This document shows positions 41,799-50,743 of a stretch of DNA of 64,000 nt, piece after piece. The DNA comes from an uncultured delta proteobacterium (GTDB lineage: Bacteria > Myxococcota_A > Polyangia > Polyangiales > Polyangiaceae), in contig CAWKKR010000004.1 of assembly GCA_963850305.1 (NCBI GenBank), forward strand, positions 1-64,000, read 5' to 3'. The position numbers and the translations under genes are program-made. The notes under the pieces are model-generated. The model had not been told where the DNA came from. It saw only the letters and a list, made by a program, of their open reading frames with translations, and made no database searches. Within the stretch, counting starts at the first letter, position 1; the number at the start of each line of letters is the position of its first letter.

Positions 41799-43619
41799 AT
41801 GCAAGCTCAAACAACGACCCCATCCGACCAGTCGCCGCGCATGCCCGCTGCCGCGGCTTACGTGCAACCTCTCATCGAGGACCACGCGCTCATCGGCGAT
41901 CTGAACACCGCCGCGCTGGTCACTCGCGACGGCACGATCGATTTCATGTGTCTGCCGGACTTCGATTCCGACGCCTGTTTCACCGCGCTCCTCGGTACGC
42001 GCGAAAACGGTTACTGGAGGATCGCACCCACGTCGCCCGTGCGGAGGTCGCGCCGCCGCTATCGAGACGACACGCTCGTCCTCGAGAGCGAGTTCGACAC
42101 GGACGACGGCACCCTCCGGATCACGGATTTCATGCCGATCCGCGAGGCGGGATCGCCGCCGCGCGTCGTCCGTATCGTCGAGTGCACACGGGGCCAGGTG
42201 ACGGTGAGGAGCGACCTCGTACCCCGCTTCGCGAACGGCATGACGGTGCCGATGATCGGGCCGAGAGACGGCTCGGCGGCGGCGGTTGCCGGCCCCGACG
42301 CGCTCTACCTGCGGGTCGCCGGAGAACGAGCCCCGGCCTTCTCGCAGGAACTCGTCGTCAAGGCCGGCCAGAGCATTCCATTCGTGCTCACCTGGGCGAG
42401 GCCGTATGACCCGATCCCGAAGCGCCTGGACGCATCTTCGGCCCTCGGCGAGACGCAGGCTTACTGGGAAGACTGGGTTTCGAAGCTCGCGGCGCCCGCG
42501 AACTACCGTGACGCGGTGGTGCGCTCCCTCATCACGCTCAAGGCGTGCACTTTCGCCCCGTCGGGTGCGATCGTCGCCGCACCCACGTTCGGACTACCGG
42601 AAACCCTCGGCGGCGAGAGAAACTGGGACTACCGCTTCTGCTGGATCCGCGACGCGTCCCTCACGCTACGCGCCTTCATCAGGGCTGGCGCCAGGAAGGA
42701 GGCAGAACATTTCTACGACTGGCTGGTCGACGCGATCGCGGGCGCTCCGAGTCAGATGCAGATCATGTACGGCATCCGCGGCGAGCGCCGCCTGACGGAG
42801 GTGGAGCTCGGCTGGCTCACCGGATACCAGGGAGCGCGCCCGGTGCGGATCGGCAACGCGGCGTACGATCAGTTCCAGCTCGACGTGTACGGGGAGTTCG
42901 CGGCGGTACTGTACGACGGGACGCAGTTCTTCGGCGAGCTCGCACCGCGCGTCCGCAACGCGCTCAAGGTCGTCGCCATGGAGGTGGCGCGCGTATGGAA
43001 GACGAACGATCGCGGCATCTGGGAGGTCCGAGGACCCGAGCGCGCGTTCACCGCGTCGAAGGTTGCCGCGTGGGTGGCCGTGGATGTCTGGATCAAGGTC
43101 ATCGAGCAGCACCACCTCGATGAAAAGGTCGAGTCCTGGAAGGCGCTGCGGCAGGAGATCTTCGACGAGGTCTGCAAGTTCGGATACGACGCGGAGGGCC
43201 GGACATTCACGCAGTACTACGGCGGCAAGGGCCTCGACGCGAGCTTGCTCGTGATCCCGCTCGCGGGGTTCCTGCCGGCAAACGACCCGCGCGTCGTGGG
43301 CACGGTCGCGGCAATCGAACGCGAGCTCATGCCGAAGGGGCTCGTCCTCCGCTATAGAACGGAGGACACCGTCGACGGTCTCCTGGGCGAGGAGGGCACG
43401 TTCCTTCCGTGCTCCTTCTGGCTCGCGAACACGTATCAGCTCATGGGGCGCACCGAGGACGCGCGGCGGCTATTCGAAAAGCTCGTCGCCCTCTCGAACG
43501 ACCTCGGTCTGCTCGCCGAGGAGTACCTCCCCGACGAGCACCGCCAGGTCGGCAACTTTCCGCAGGCGTTCAGCCACCTCGCCCTGGTGCAGAGCGCCTT
43601 CCAGATCGGTGGCACCTGA
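41799..43619 (+). CDS. Glycoside hydrolase family 15 (trehalase/glucoamylase-like)
   Basis: IEDHALIGD, LPE..GGERNWDYRFCWIRD, QLDVYGE, GIWE.RG, GNFPQAFSH. Confidence 0.95.
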   Translation: MQAQTTTPSDQSPRMPAAAAYVQPLIEDHALIGDLNTAALVTRDGTIDFMCLPDFDSDACFTALLGTRENGYWRIAPTSPVRRSRRRYRDDTLVLESEFDTDDGTLRITDFMPIREAGSPPRVVRIVECTRGQVTVRSDLVPRFANGMTVPMIGPRDGSAAAVAGPDALYLRVAGERAPAFSQELVVKAGQSIPFVLTWARPYDPIPKRLDASSALGETQAYWEDWVSKLAAPANYRDAVVRSLITLKACTFAPSGAIVAAPTFGLPETLGGERNWDYRFCWIRDASLTLRAFIRAGARKEAEHFYDWLVDAIAGAPSQMQIMYGIRGERRLTEVELGWLTGYQGARPVRIGNAAYDQFQLDVYGEFAAVLYDGTQFFGELAPRVRNALKVVAMEVARVWKTNDRGIWEVRGPERAFTASKVAAWVAVDVWIKVIEQHHLDEKVESWKALRQEIFDEVCKFGYDAEGRTFTQYYGGKGLDASLLVIPLAGFLPANDPRVVGTVAAIERELMPKGLVLRYRTEDTVDGLLGEEGTFLPCSFWLANTYQLMGRTEDARRLFEKLVALSNDLGLLAEEYLPDEHRQVGNFPQAFSHLALVQSAFQIGGT

Positions 43620-44022
43620 GAGAGCGTGCCGTCCTCCGTTTCAGGACGCGACGGACGAGACGATTCACGGGACCGCGTGCGAGCAAGTACGGGACGAAGG
43701 CCAGGACGCCCGCGACGACGAGCGTCTGCAGCGGGCGGAGGCCCCTGAGCTCGATGATCTGGTAAGCGACGTCCATGATCACGGCGAGAGCGAAGACGCG
43801 GGAGACCGCGTGCCACCCGTCGCGAAACAGGGCCCGCCGCTCCGTCGCACCCTTCGCCCTGAAGAGCGCCCAAAAATACGCGGGCTTCCCCTCGTGTGCG
43901 TCGCGGACCCCGTCTCGCATGGCAAGGCACGTTGCCACGAAGGGCTGCAGGTAGAACCGGAACGCCAGAGGGCCCGTGGGCCTCGCCGCGATCTCCCGCC
44001 ACAGTCGGTCGACTACGTCCAT
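43570..44022 (-). CDS. Conserved membrane protein
   Basis: RPTGPLAFRFYLQP...RDG..DA..G.P.YFW, PYLL.RGP.NR. Confidence 0.7.
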   Translation of the reverse strand: MDVVDRLWREIAARPTGPLAFRFYLQPFVATCLAMRDGVRDAHEGKPAYFWALFRAKGATERRALFRDGWHAVSRVFALAVIMDVAYQIIELRGLRPLQTLVVAGVLAFVPYLLARGPVNRLVRRVLKRRTARSLRCHRSGRRSAPGRGG

Positions 44023-44246
44023 CACGTGCCGTGTCCCCCCTTCACGTACGCCTCGAGCACCTCGTCGGTCATCCGGAACTTGCTGTTCGGGTAGGGCTCG
44101 AAGGCATCCGGAGCGGGCTCGCGCGGCTGGGTCACGGTCAGCTCTCATGCAGCCGTCGCGCCACGTTGCCGTGCTTCGACCGGCAGCGATTCCGGCCGGA
44201 CCGGTCGAAGGCCGGTGCCGGTACGCAACCTGCACGCTGGCCCGAC

Positions 44247-45053
44247 ATGCCCATGCCAGACGATTCGATCGCCGAGCGTCTGCCCCCTTTCGTCATCGCG
44301 GCCATCCTGGCGGTCTCTCTGATCGTCGTGCTCTTTCTGTCCGCAGCTACCGGTCGGCGTGCCGCCTTGAAAGGGGGCACGCCTAGACTCGGATCCCTCG
44401 AGACCATGGCGTCGGGCCTCCTGGGTCTCCTCCTCGCATTCAATTTCAGTGTCGCCCAGAGCCGCTTCGACGCGCGGCAGGAGTTGATCGTTCGGGAGGC
44501 GGACGCGATCGGCACGGCGTATCTCCGCTGCTCGGTTCTTGCCGAGGAAGACCGCGCTGAATGCCGCGACGGACTGCACCACTACGCCCAGCTACGCATC
44601 ACCGCCTACGAGGCGTATGGTCGGTCGGGAGATCATGCGGAGTTCCGGAGTGCTCTTGCCGGAGGAGAGCGCATCCAGACCGAGCTGTGGACGCTCGCTT
44701 CCCGTACCACGCGCGCAGCCCCCACCGCGGCGAATGCCATTTTCATGATGGCGCTGAACGACGTCATCGATCGCGACTCGGACCGTCGAGCAGCGGTCCG
44801 GATCCAGGTACCCACCGCGGTCAGCCTTGCGCTCGTATTTTCGTGTCTCGCGTGGGCCGTCTTGCTCGGGCGCGCCTCGGGCGCCGAGGGGGCTCGCGCC
44901 CCGGCGGCGTGGGTCGTCGTGGCGCTCCTCATCAGCGTCGTCTTCGGAGTCGCGCTGGACCTCGATCGGCCCCGCACGGGCTTCGTCACGACGCGGGCGG
45001 CGGAGCAGTCCATGAATGCCGTCCTCCGAGCGACGTCCGGCGCGCACGATTGA
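44247..45053 (+). CDS. DUF4239-like membrane protein
   Basis: LLGLLLAFNFS.A.SRFD.R....EADAIGTAYLR, LDLDRPR.G. Confidence 0.75.
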   Translation: MPMPDDSIAERLPPFVIAAILAVSLIVVLFLSAATGRRAALKGGTPRLGSLETMASGLLGLLLAFNFSVAQSRFDARQELIVREADAIGTAYLRCSVLAEEDRAECRDGLHHYAQLRITAYEAYGRSGDHAEFRSALAGGERIQTELWTLASRTTRAAPTAANAIFMMALNDVIDRDSDRRAAVRIQVPTAVSLALVFSCLAWAVLLGRASGAEGARAPAAWVVVALLISVVFGVALDLDRPRTGFVTTRAAEQSMNAVLRATSGAHD

Positions 45054-45077
45054 CGTTCGACGGCGGGACGGCGCTCT

Positions 45078-45221
45078 TCAGTGCAAAAACGGCAGATTCG
45101 TCTGGCATCCGTACGAGACGTGCACCTCTGCCTGCGACCCCGCCGCGCTCACGACGTCGCAGCTCGCTTTGCACAGCAAGATCTTCGTGGGGGCTTTCGG
45201 GTCGTCGTAGTACCAGCCGCC
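45078..45221 (-). pseudogene. Orphan C-terminal tail of a myxobacterial VWA-type Cys-rich lipoprotein
   Basis: GWYYDDPKAPTKILLCKASCDVV...VHVSYGCQT with no own start, directly after the VOC stop. Confidence 0.5.
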
Positions 45222-45232
45222 GAGCGCGCGGC

Positions 45233-45625
45233 TCAGGCCGTCTCGCGGAGCTCGATGACGTTTCGATCCGGATCGCGAATGAAGAGGGACCGCTTGTCCC
45301 CAAGCTTGACGGGGCCCCCGGTGATCGGAATGCCGAGCCGGCCGAGCTCGACGACGGTTCCCTCCATCGACGCGACGCCGAGTGCCACGTGCGTGTAGCC
45401 CGTGTGCTTCTCCGGAACGTCCATCAGGACGTTGGTGGGTGAAGGGCTCTGCTTCGCATTGACGATGAGGTTGATCTCGACGCCCTGCGCGTTCCTCATC
45501 ACCACCACCGGCTCGGGGCCCCCGCGGAACGTCGCCTCGAACCCGAAGAGCGCGTAGAAGGCCTCCGAGCGCGGCGCGTCCGTCACTCTGATCCCGATGT
45601 GCTCGACCCGGTGAATGGTGATCAT
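45233..45625 (-). CDS. VOC/glyoxalase family protein
   Basis: HIGIRVTD, THVAL.V, FIRDPDRNVIEL. Confidence 0.88.
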   Translation of the reverse strand: MITIHRVEHIGIRVTDAPRSEAFYALFGFEATFRGGPEPVVVMRNAQGVEINLIVNAKQSPSPTNVLMDVPEKHTGYTHVALGVASMEGTVVELGRLGIPITGGPVKLGDKRSLFIRDPDRNVIELRETA

Positions 45626-45849
45626 CGAAAAAGCATAGAATCGATGACGGGCGCTCGCCAGGGAAGGCAAGGATGCCGGCGCGCACTACAGCCCCGAGTG
45701 TGTCGTCCAACAATCGACGCCAGGAGCGGGCGCCGCATGCACGCGAACCGGAGTCTCCGCGGCGATATGCAGCGAGCTCGGTGCCGGCGCCGGCACGCTC
45801 CGTGGACCGACGCCGTACGGAACCGGTTTCACTCATCCCGGTGTGGCCT

Positions 45850-47103
45850 TCACCCGAGGCCGTCCGCGGCGCCCCGCACCCCGAGCGCGCGCGACACGAA
45901 CAGTGCCGTCACCACGAGCAGCGCCGCGGTACCAGCGTAAGGAAGAATGCTGGACATGGACAGGAAGGAGACTCCGAGGATGGGGCCGAGGACTCCTCCG
46001 GCGTCGCCGAACAGCTGGAGACAACCGATCGCTCGACCGCGCTCTTCGAGAGGGACGACGTCCCCGAGTGTGGCGAGGAGCGGCGTGGTGACGGCACCGG
46101 TCCCCAATCCGACGAGGGCGAGGCCGATGAGCAGCACGAGTGAACTGTGCGCGAAACCGAAGGCCAGGACCCCCGGCACGAGGGCTCCGATGCCGAGCAT
46201 CATGATGCGGAGCCGATGACCCGGATGGTCCGATAACCGTCCGGCAAGCGGGCCCGCGATGGTCATGAAGACGACCAGGACGGCCATGAACGCGCCCGCG
46301 GCCGTCTGCTCGGACATCGAGAAGAGGGTCAGGCGGCGCGCGTGAATGATGAGAGCAAGGGTAGCGAGCACGACGCCGAGGGCGCTGAACGAGGTGGCGG
46401 CGTTGAGCGCCGCGAGGGCCTGAACCGGACGGTGACGGAGGCTCGAAAAGATCTGCCGGAAAGATGGCGCCCGGTCGACATGGGCCGCACGCAGATCCGG
46501 CGCGCGCACGAGAGCCACGAACGCGGCGAGGAACAGCGCGACGAGGGCGCTCCCGAACGCCGCGGCGGGCCCGCGCCAGCCGGCAATCAGGCCGCCGAGA
46601 GCGAGCCCGAGGGGCACGCCGGCCGCCATGGCGGAGTTCGTGATGCCCGCCGCGAGACCGCGGTGGTTGCGCCCTCCGGCGTGCAAGGCGAGCGCCCCTG
46701 CCGCAATCAAGACACACGATGAGCTCGGTCCATGCAGAAGCCGTCCGATCAGGAAGAACGCGCCCGGGTGACCGCTCAGGACTCCCGCGAGGTAGCAGCC
46801 GAGCACGAGTGTCTGGGAGAGCAACCCGAACACCAGCAATCGCTTGCCGCCGAGGCGATCGACGGCGGCGCCCGCGAACGGATTGACGATCACGCGCCCG
46901 AACCGATTCGCGGCGAGGATGACGCCGATGAACGGCAGCGACAGTCCCGCCTTGACACCCACGATCGGCAAGATCGGAAAGACGATGCCGCCGCTCACAC
47001 CGGCGAAGAGCACGCCAGGAGCAATGGCCAACGCGGCCACCCGAGCGGCTTCTCGTTCCGCAACGAGCTCCTCGGAGGAGAGCTGAGGTTCTGATGAACT
47101 CAT
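45850..47103 (-). CDS. MFS transporter
   Basis: About 12 TM; G..VDRLGGK and GRLSD loop motifs, RGRAIG. Confidence 0.88.
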   Translation of the reverse strand: MSSSEPQLSSEELVAEREAARVAALAIAPGVLFAGVSGGIVFPILPIVGVKAGLSLPFIGVILAANRFGRVIVNPFAGAAVDRLGGKRLLVFGLLSQTLVLGCYLAGVLSGHPGAFFLIGRLLHGPSSSCVLIAAGALALHAGGRNHRGLAAGITNSAMAAGVPLGLALGGLIAGWRGPAAAFGSALVALFLAAFVALVRAPDLRAAHVDRAPSFRQIFSSLRHRPVQALAALNAATSFSALGVVLATLALIIHARRLTLFSMSEQTAAGAFMAVLVVFMTIAGPLAGRLSDHPGHRLRIMMLGIGALVPGVLAFGFAHSSLVLLIGLALVGLGTGAVTTPLLATLGDVVPLEERGRAIGCLQLFGDAGGVLGPILGVSFLSMSSILPYAGTAALLVVTALFVSRALGVRGAADGLG

Positions 47104-47250
47104 CGTCGAAAGGACCATTCGGTTGAGCGGTATGACGTGGCGCGCGCTCACGAAGTCTCGCACGGACCCCAAGTTGCCCGCTGCGCAACTTGCACGCTCA
47201 GGGACGAAGCGTCGGAGCGCCGTGGGGCTTGAACGCGGGCCGCGAAGACC

Positions 47251-47424
47251 TCAGCTCGCCGTCGGATCGTCCAGGTGCCCGAGAAACAGGATGGCACCGG
47301 TGGGCACGTCGATCTGGAGGATGTCCGCGATGTAGAGATGTTCACCGTCGGGTGGATCCGGGCACATCGGGCTGAAGTCGGCGGCGGCTCCGTCGAAAGC
47401 GCCCGGCATGCCCATCGCTTTCAG
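47251..47424 (-). pseudogene. Serpin C-terminal remnant lacking the reactive-centre loop
   Basis: LKAMGMPGAFDGAAADFSPMC...LYIADILQ|IDVPTGAILFLGHLDDPTAS*, paralogous to 7198-7510. Confidence 0.85.
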
Positions 47425-47460
47425 AGAATGACGGTCCGCTGCGCGCCGCTTCTCGCCCGG

Positions 47461-48555
47461 TCAGGCGCGTTCGAGTCGTCGATACACGAGCGCGCCCGGC
47501 GCGAGGGCTTCTTCTTCCGCGCGCTCGCGGGCACGCCGGACGATGGAATGGAGCGGGGCGAGATCGCACGCGGGATCGGCCGCGCGCGCGTCGCCCGTGA
47601 GGTGATGGGCCTGACATCGGCATCCGCCGAAGTCCGACTCGCGATGCTCGCAGGTCCGGCAGGGCTCAAGCATGAACGCGGTGCCGCGGAAGCGTTCGAA
47701 CGCGGGAGAACTCGTCCAGGCTTCGGCGAGGGTACGCTCCCCTACCCTGTCGAAGTCGAGGCCGGGAATGGTGTGCGCGGCATGACACGGGAGGATCGAG
47801 CCGTCGGGGCTGACGACGAGGTAGCGCCGCGCCCAGCCGTCCATGCACGCGCGCGGACGATCGGCGTGATAGTCGGGGAGCACGAAATCGATTTCCATCG
47901 TTCCCGCGAGACGCTCGCGCGCGAGCACGACGATGCGCCGTGCTTCGTCGAGCTGGGCACGCCTCGGGAGCAGGTGCGCGCGGTTCAGGAGGGCCCATCC
48001 GAGGTATTGCGCGTTGGCAAGCTCGAGCCGATCGGCGCCGAGCTCTTCGGCGAGGGCGATGATGGCCTCGACGTCGTCGAGGTTGCCGCGATGCACGACG
48101 ACGTTGACGGTGAGCGGGTAGCCGAGCTCCTTGGCCCATTTCGCAACGGCGTGTTTGCGCGGGAGCCCGGCGTGGCTCGCCCACCTCTCGGTCGCGTCGG
48201 ACGCGCTCCCCTGAAACGAGAGCTGGACGTGATCGAGCCCGGCGTCGCGCAGCTCTTCGAGGCGACGTCGCTCGAGCGGGATGCCGCTCGTGATGAGGTT
48301 CGTATAGAGGCCGCACTCGCGCGCCGTCCGGACGAGGGCCGCGAGGTCGCCGCGGACGAGCGGTTCGCCGCCGGTGAAGTGGACCTGCAGCACGCCGAGC
48401 GCTGCGGCTTCCCCGAGAACGCGCTGCCAGACTTCGGTATCGAGCTCGGCGCGGTGCCTCGCGGCGTGGAGCGGGTTCGAGCAGTACACGCAGGCGAGCG
48501 GACAGCGATACGTGAGCTCGGCGACGAGGGTGTAGGGGGCATCCATGCGCGTCAC
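47461..48555 (-). CDS. pqqE: PqqA peptide cyclase, radical SAM
   Basis: AELTYRCPLACVYCSNP, FTGGEP, QY.GWAL.NR, CMDGW, DFGGCRCQA. Confidence 0.96.
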   Translation of the reverse strand: MTRMDAPYTLVAELTYRCPLACVYCSNPLHAARHRAELDTEVWQRVLGEAAALGVLQVHFTGGEPLVRGDLAALVRTARECGLYTNLITSGIPLERRRLEELRDAGLDHVQLSFQGSASDATERWASHAGLPRKHAVAKWAKELGYPLTVNVVVHRGNLDDVEAIIALAEELGADRLELANAQYLGWALLNRAHLLPRRAQLDEARRIVVLARERLAGTMEIDFVLPDYHADRPRACMDGWARRYLVVSPDGSILPCHAAHTIPGLDFDRVGERTLAEAWTSSPAFERFRGTAFMLEPCRTCEHRESDFGGCRCQAHHLTGDARAADPACDLAPLHSIVRRARERAEEEALAPGALVYRRLERA

Positions 48556-48881
48556 CGCCAGACGAGGAGGCCGCGTCGCATGAGCTCGGCGAAGAAGGGG
48601 AGCGCGTCGTCAATCGCTTCGGCGAAGGAGGCGCCTCGTTCGGCGGCCACGGCGCGGATCACTTCTTCGAGCGTGAGCTCGCCCCGGCATCGAAGCAGAA
48701 GGTCGGCCGCGCTGCCGTGGAGGGCGAGCGCGCGCTCCGGGAACACGAGGAAGTGCGCGTTCCTCAGGGCGTCGAAGCGCAGTCGGGCCTTGGGCGCGAG
48801 CGACGGCCGCTCGTGAAGCTTGGCGGATACGGTCCCCACCGAGACGACCCGCGCCGGCCGCGTGCCCCCCGAATCAGTCAC
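48552..48881 (-). CDS. pqqD: PQQ biosynthesis chaperone PqqD
   Basis: RP.LA..ARLRFD......LVFPER...L..SA; coupled by overlaps between pqqC and pqqE. Confidence 0.85.
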   Translation of the reverse strand: MTDSGGTRPARVVSVGTVSAKLHERPSLAPKARLRFDALRNAHFLVFPERALALHGSAADLLLRCRGELTLEEVIRAVAAERGASFAEAIDDALPFFAELMRRGLLVWR

Positions 48882-49585
48882 CCGCCTCGTCCTGTCGTCG
48901 ACCAGGCGACGCAGTCGAGCAGGTGCCACAGGATCTCCGTCTTTCGAACGAGGGCGCGGACCGAGAGTTCCTGGGCTTCGTACGTCGTCGCGTGCGAGAG
49001 GACGTACGCCATCGCTTCCTCGGAGTCGCGCCGCGCCCGAGGGACGCGACTCCGGAAGTACTCGAGGGCCTTCCAATCGACGAACGGATAATGGCGTTCG
49101 AACGCGACGATCCGCGCCGACATGAGATCCGGCGCGAACAGCTCGGTCAAGGACGACGCGACCGCTTCGAGCAAGGTAGAGCTCCGGACGAACTCGACGT
49201 AAGCGTCGCACGCGAAGCGCACGCCGGGCAGGACGCCGCGCAGACTCGTGAGCTCGTCACGCGGGACGCCGATGGCTTCGCCGAGACGATGCCAGAGCTC
49301 GAGTCCACCGTTCGCGTCGTCGGTCCCGTCGTGGTCGACGATGCGGTGGAGCCAGGCCCGACGGAACGCGCTGTCCTCGGACTTGGAGAGGATGAGCGCG
49401 TCCTTGATGGGGATCCGCGTCTGATAATAGTAGCGGTTCATCACCCAGACCGAGAGCTCGCGGGCGGTCAGGTGCCCCTCGTGCATCTTCAGGTGGAACG
49501 GGTGTCGGTCGTGATAGCGCGACGTGCCCTCGTCGCGCATCCACTCGAAGAAGGCGTCGCGGGAGAGTGGCGGCTTTCCGGTCAT
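48878..49585 (-). CDS. pqqC: Pyrroloquinoline-quinone synthase PqqC
   Basis: YH..HPFH, NRYYYQ..IPIKDA, RI.DHDG, VRFA.DAY, SSLTELFAP. Confidence 0.96.
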   Translation of the reverse strand: MTGKPPLSRDAFFEWMRDEGTSRYHDRHPFHLKMHEGHLTARELSVWVMNRYYYQTRIPIKDALILSKSEDSAFRRAWLHRIVDHDGTDDANGGLELWHRLGEAIGVPRDELTSLRGVLPGVRFACDAYVEFVRSSTLLEAVASSLTELFAPDLMSARIVAFERHYPFVDWKALEYFRSRVPRARRDSEEAMAYVLSHATTYEAQELSVRALVRKTEILWHLLDCVAWSTTGRGG

Positions 49586-49755
49586 GCCGCGGGAGGCGAG
49601 ACGACCGTGCTTCCCGCTTCACCGAGTGATGGGTGCGCGGGCGCGGGCTCCGGCTTCGCTTCGGTCGGGCGATCTGCGTCCCAATCCGGCTGATAAGAAC
49701 CGATCTCGGCGTTCATCGCGATCTCGCGAAAGCTCGGCTTCGTCCAGGTCTTCAT
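49582..49755 (-). CDS. pqqA: PQQ precursor peptide PqqA with C-terminal extension (57 aa; not in ORF track)
   Basis: MKTWTKPSFREIAMNAEIGSYQPDW...; W.KP.F and ExxxY core; GGAGG RBS; ATGA overlap with pqqC. Confidence 0.9.
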   Translation of the reverse strand: MKTWTKPSFREIAMNAEIGSYQPDWDADRPTEAKPEPAPAHPSLGEAGSTVVSPPAA

Positions 49756-49828
49756 GGGGTGCGCCTCCGGCGTGGGGACCAGGGCAAGGCTAGCAGCTTT
49801 GACCGGCGATGATAACGTCGCCCGAGCC

Positions 49829-50743
49829 GTGCTTCGATTACGTATCCTCGGGGCTGCAGCAGGTGGCGGGTTTCCGCAATGGAACTGCGGCTGTTCGAAC
49901 TGCGCGCGCGTCCGCGCGGGAGAAACGGCTCTCGAACCTCGGACGCAAGATTCCGTGGCGGTGACGACCGACGGCGACTCGTGGGTGCTCCTGAACGCGT
50001 CGCCCGACGTGCTTCGTCAGATCCAGGCCAATCCCATGCTCTGGCCACGGTCGCGGCGCGACTCGCCCATCCGGGCGATCGTGTTGACGAACGGCGACGT
50101 CGATCACGTGCTCGGGCTCTTCGCGCTTCGCGAGTCCCAGCCACTCGCCGTATATGCGACGGCACGCGTCATCGCGGGGCTCGAGCAGAATGTGTTGCTG
50201 CGGACGCTTCGCCGATTTCCCGGTCACGTGGAGTTTCGAGCGCTCGCACCCGGACAGCCCGTGAACGTCGCGGGCGTCGATGGGTCGCCGACCGGTGTCG
50301 TGGTCGAGGCATTCTCCGCAGCGGGCAAGCCGCCCATTCACCTTGCGACCGCGTTCGAGCCGCACGCGGAAGACAACGTCGGACTGTTGCTCGGCCAAGA
50401 GGCGCGAGGGCGTGCGGCATACGTGACGGCAGCTCGTTCCGCGGACTCGATCGCGCGCGACGTCGCGGGCTCGCGCGTCCTGCTCTTCGACGGCACTTTC
50501 TTTGCGGACGACGAGCTCCCACGGCTCGGACTCGGAGCGGCCCGCGCCCACGACATGGCTCACGTGCCGATCGGCGGCGACGACGGGAGCCTACGTTTGC
50601 TCCGCGAGCTCGACGTGGGCCGCCGCGTCTACACGCACATCAACAACACGAATCCCATCCTCGATCGGGACGCGCCCGAGCGACGCGCCGTGGAAGCGGG
50701 CGGCTGGCAGGTCGCGCGCGACGGGATGGACATCGAGGTCTAG
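49829..50743 (+). CDS. pqqB: PQQ biosynthesis protein PqqB
   Basis: LGAAAGGGFPQWNCGC.NC, RTQDS, LNASPD, FDGT, HINNTNP. Confidence 0.95.
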   Translation: MLRLRILGAAAGGGFPQWNCGCSNCARVRAGETALEPRTQDSVAVTTDGDSWVLLNASPDVLRQIQANPMLWPRSRRDSPIRAIVLTNGDVDHVLGLFALRESQPLAVYATARVIAGLEQNVLLRTLRRFPGHVEFRALAPGQPVNVAGVDGSPTGVVVEAFSAAGKPPIHLATAFEPHAEDNVGLLLGQEARGRAAYVTAARSADSIARDVAGSRVLLFDGTFFADDELPRLGLGAARAHDMAHVPIGGDDGSLRLLRELDVGRRVYTHINNTNPILDRDAPERRAVEAGGWQVARDGMDIEV

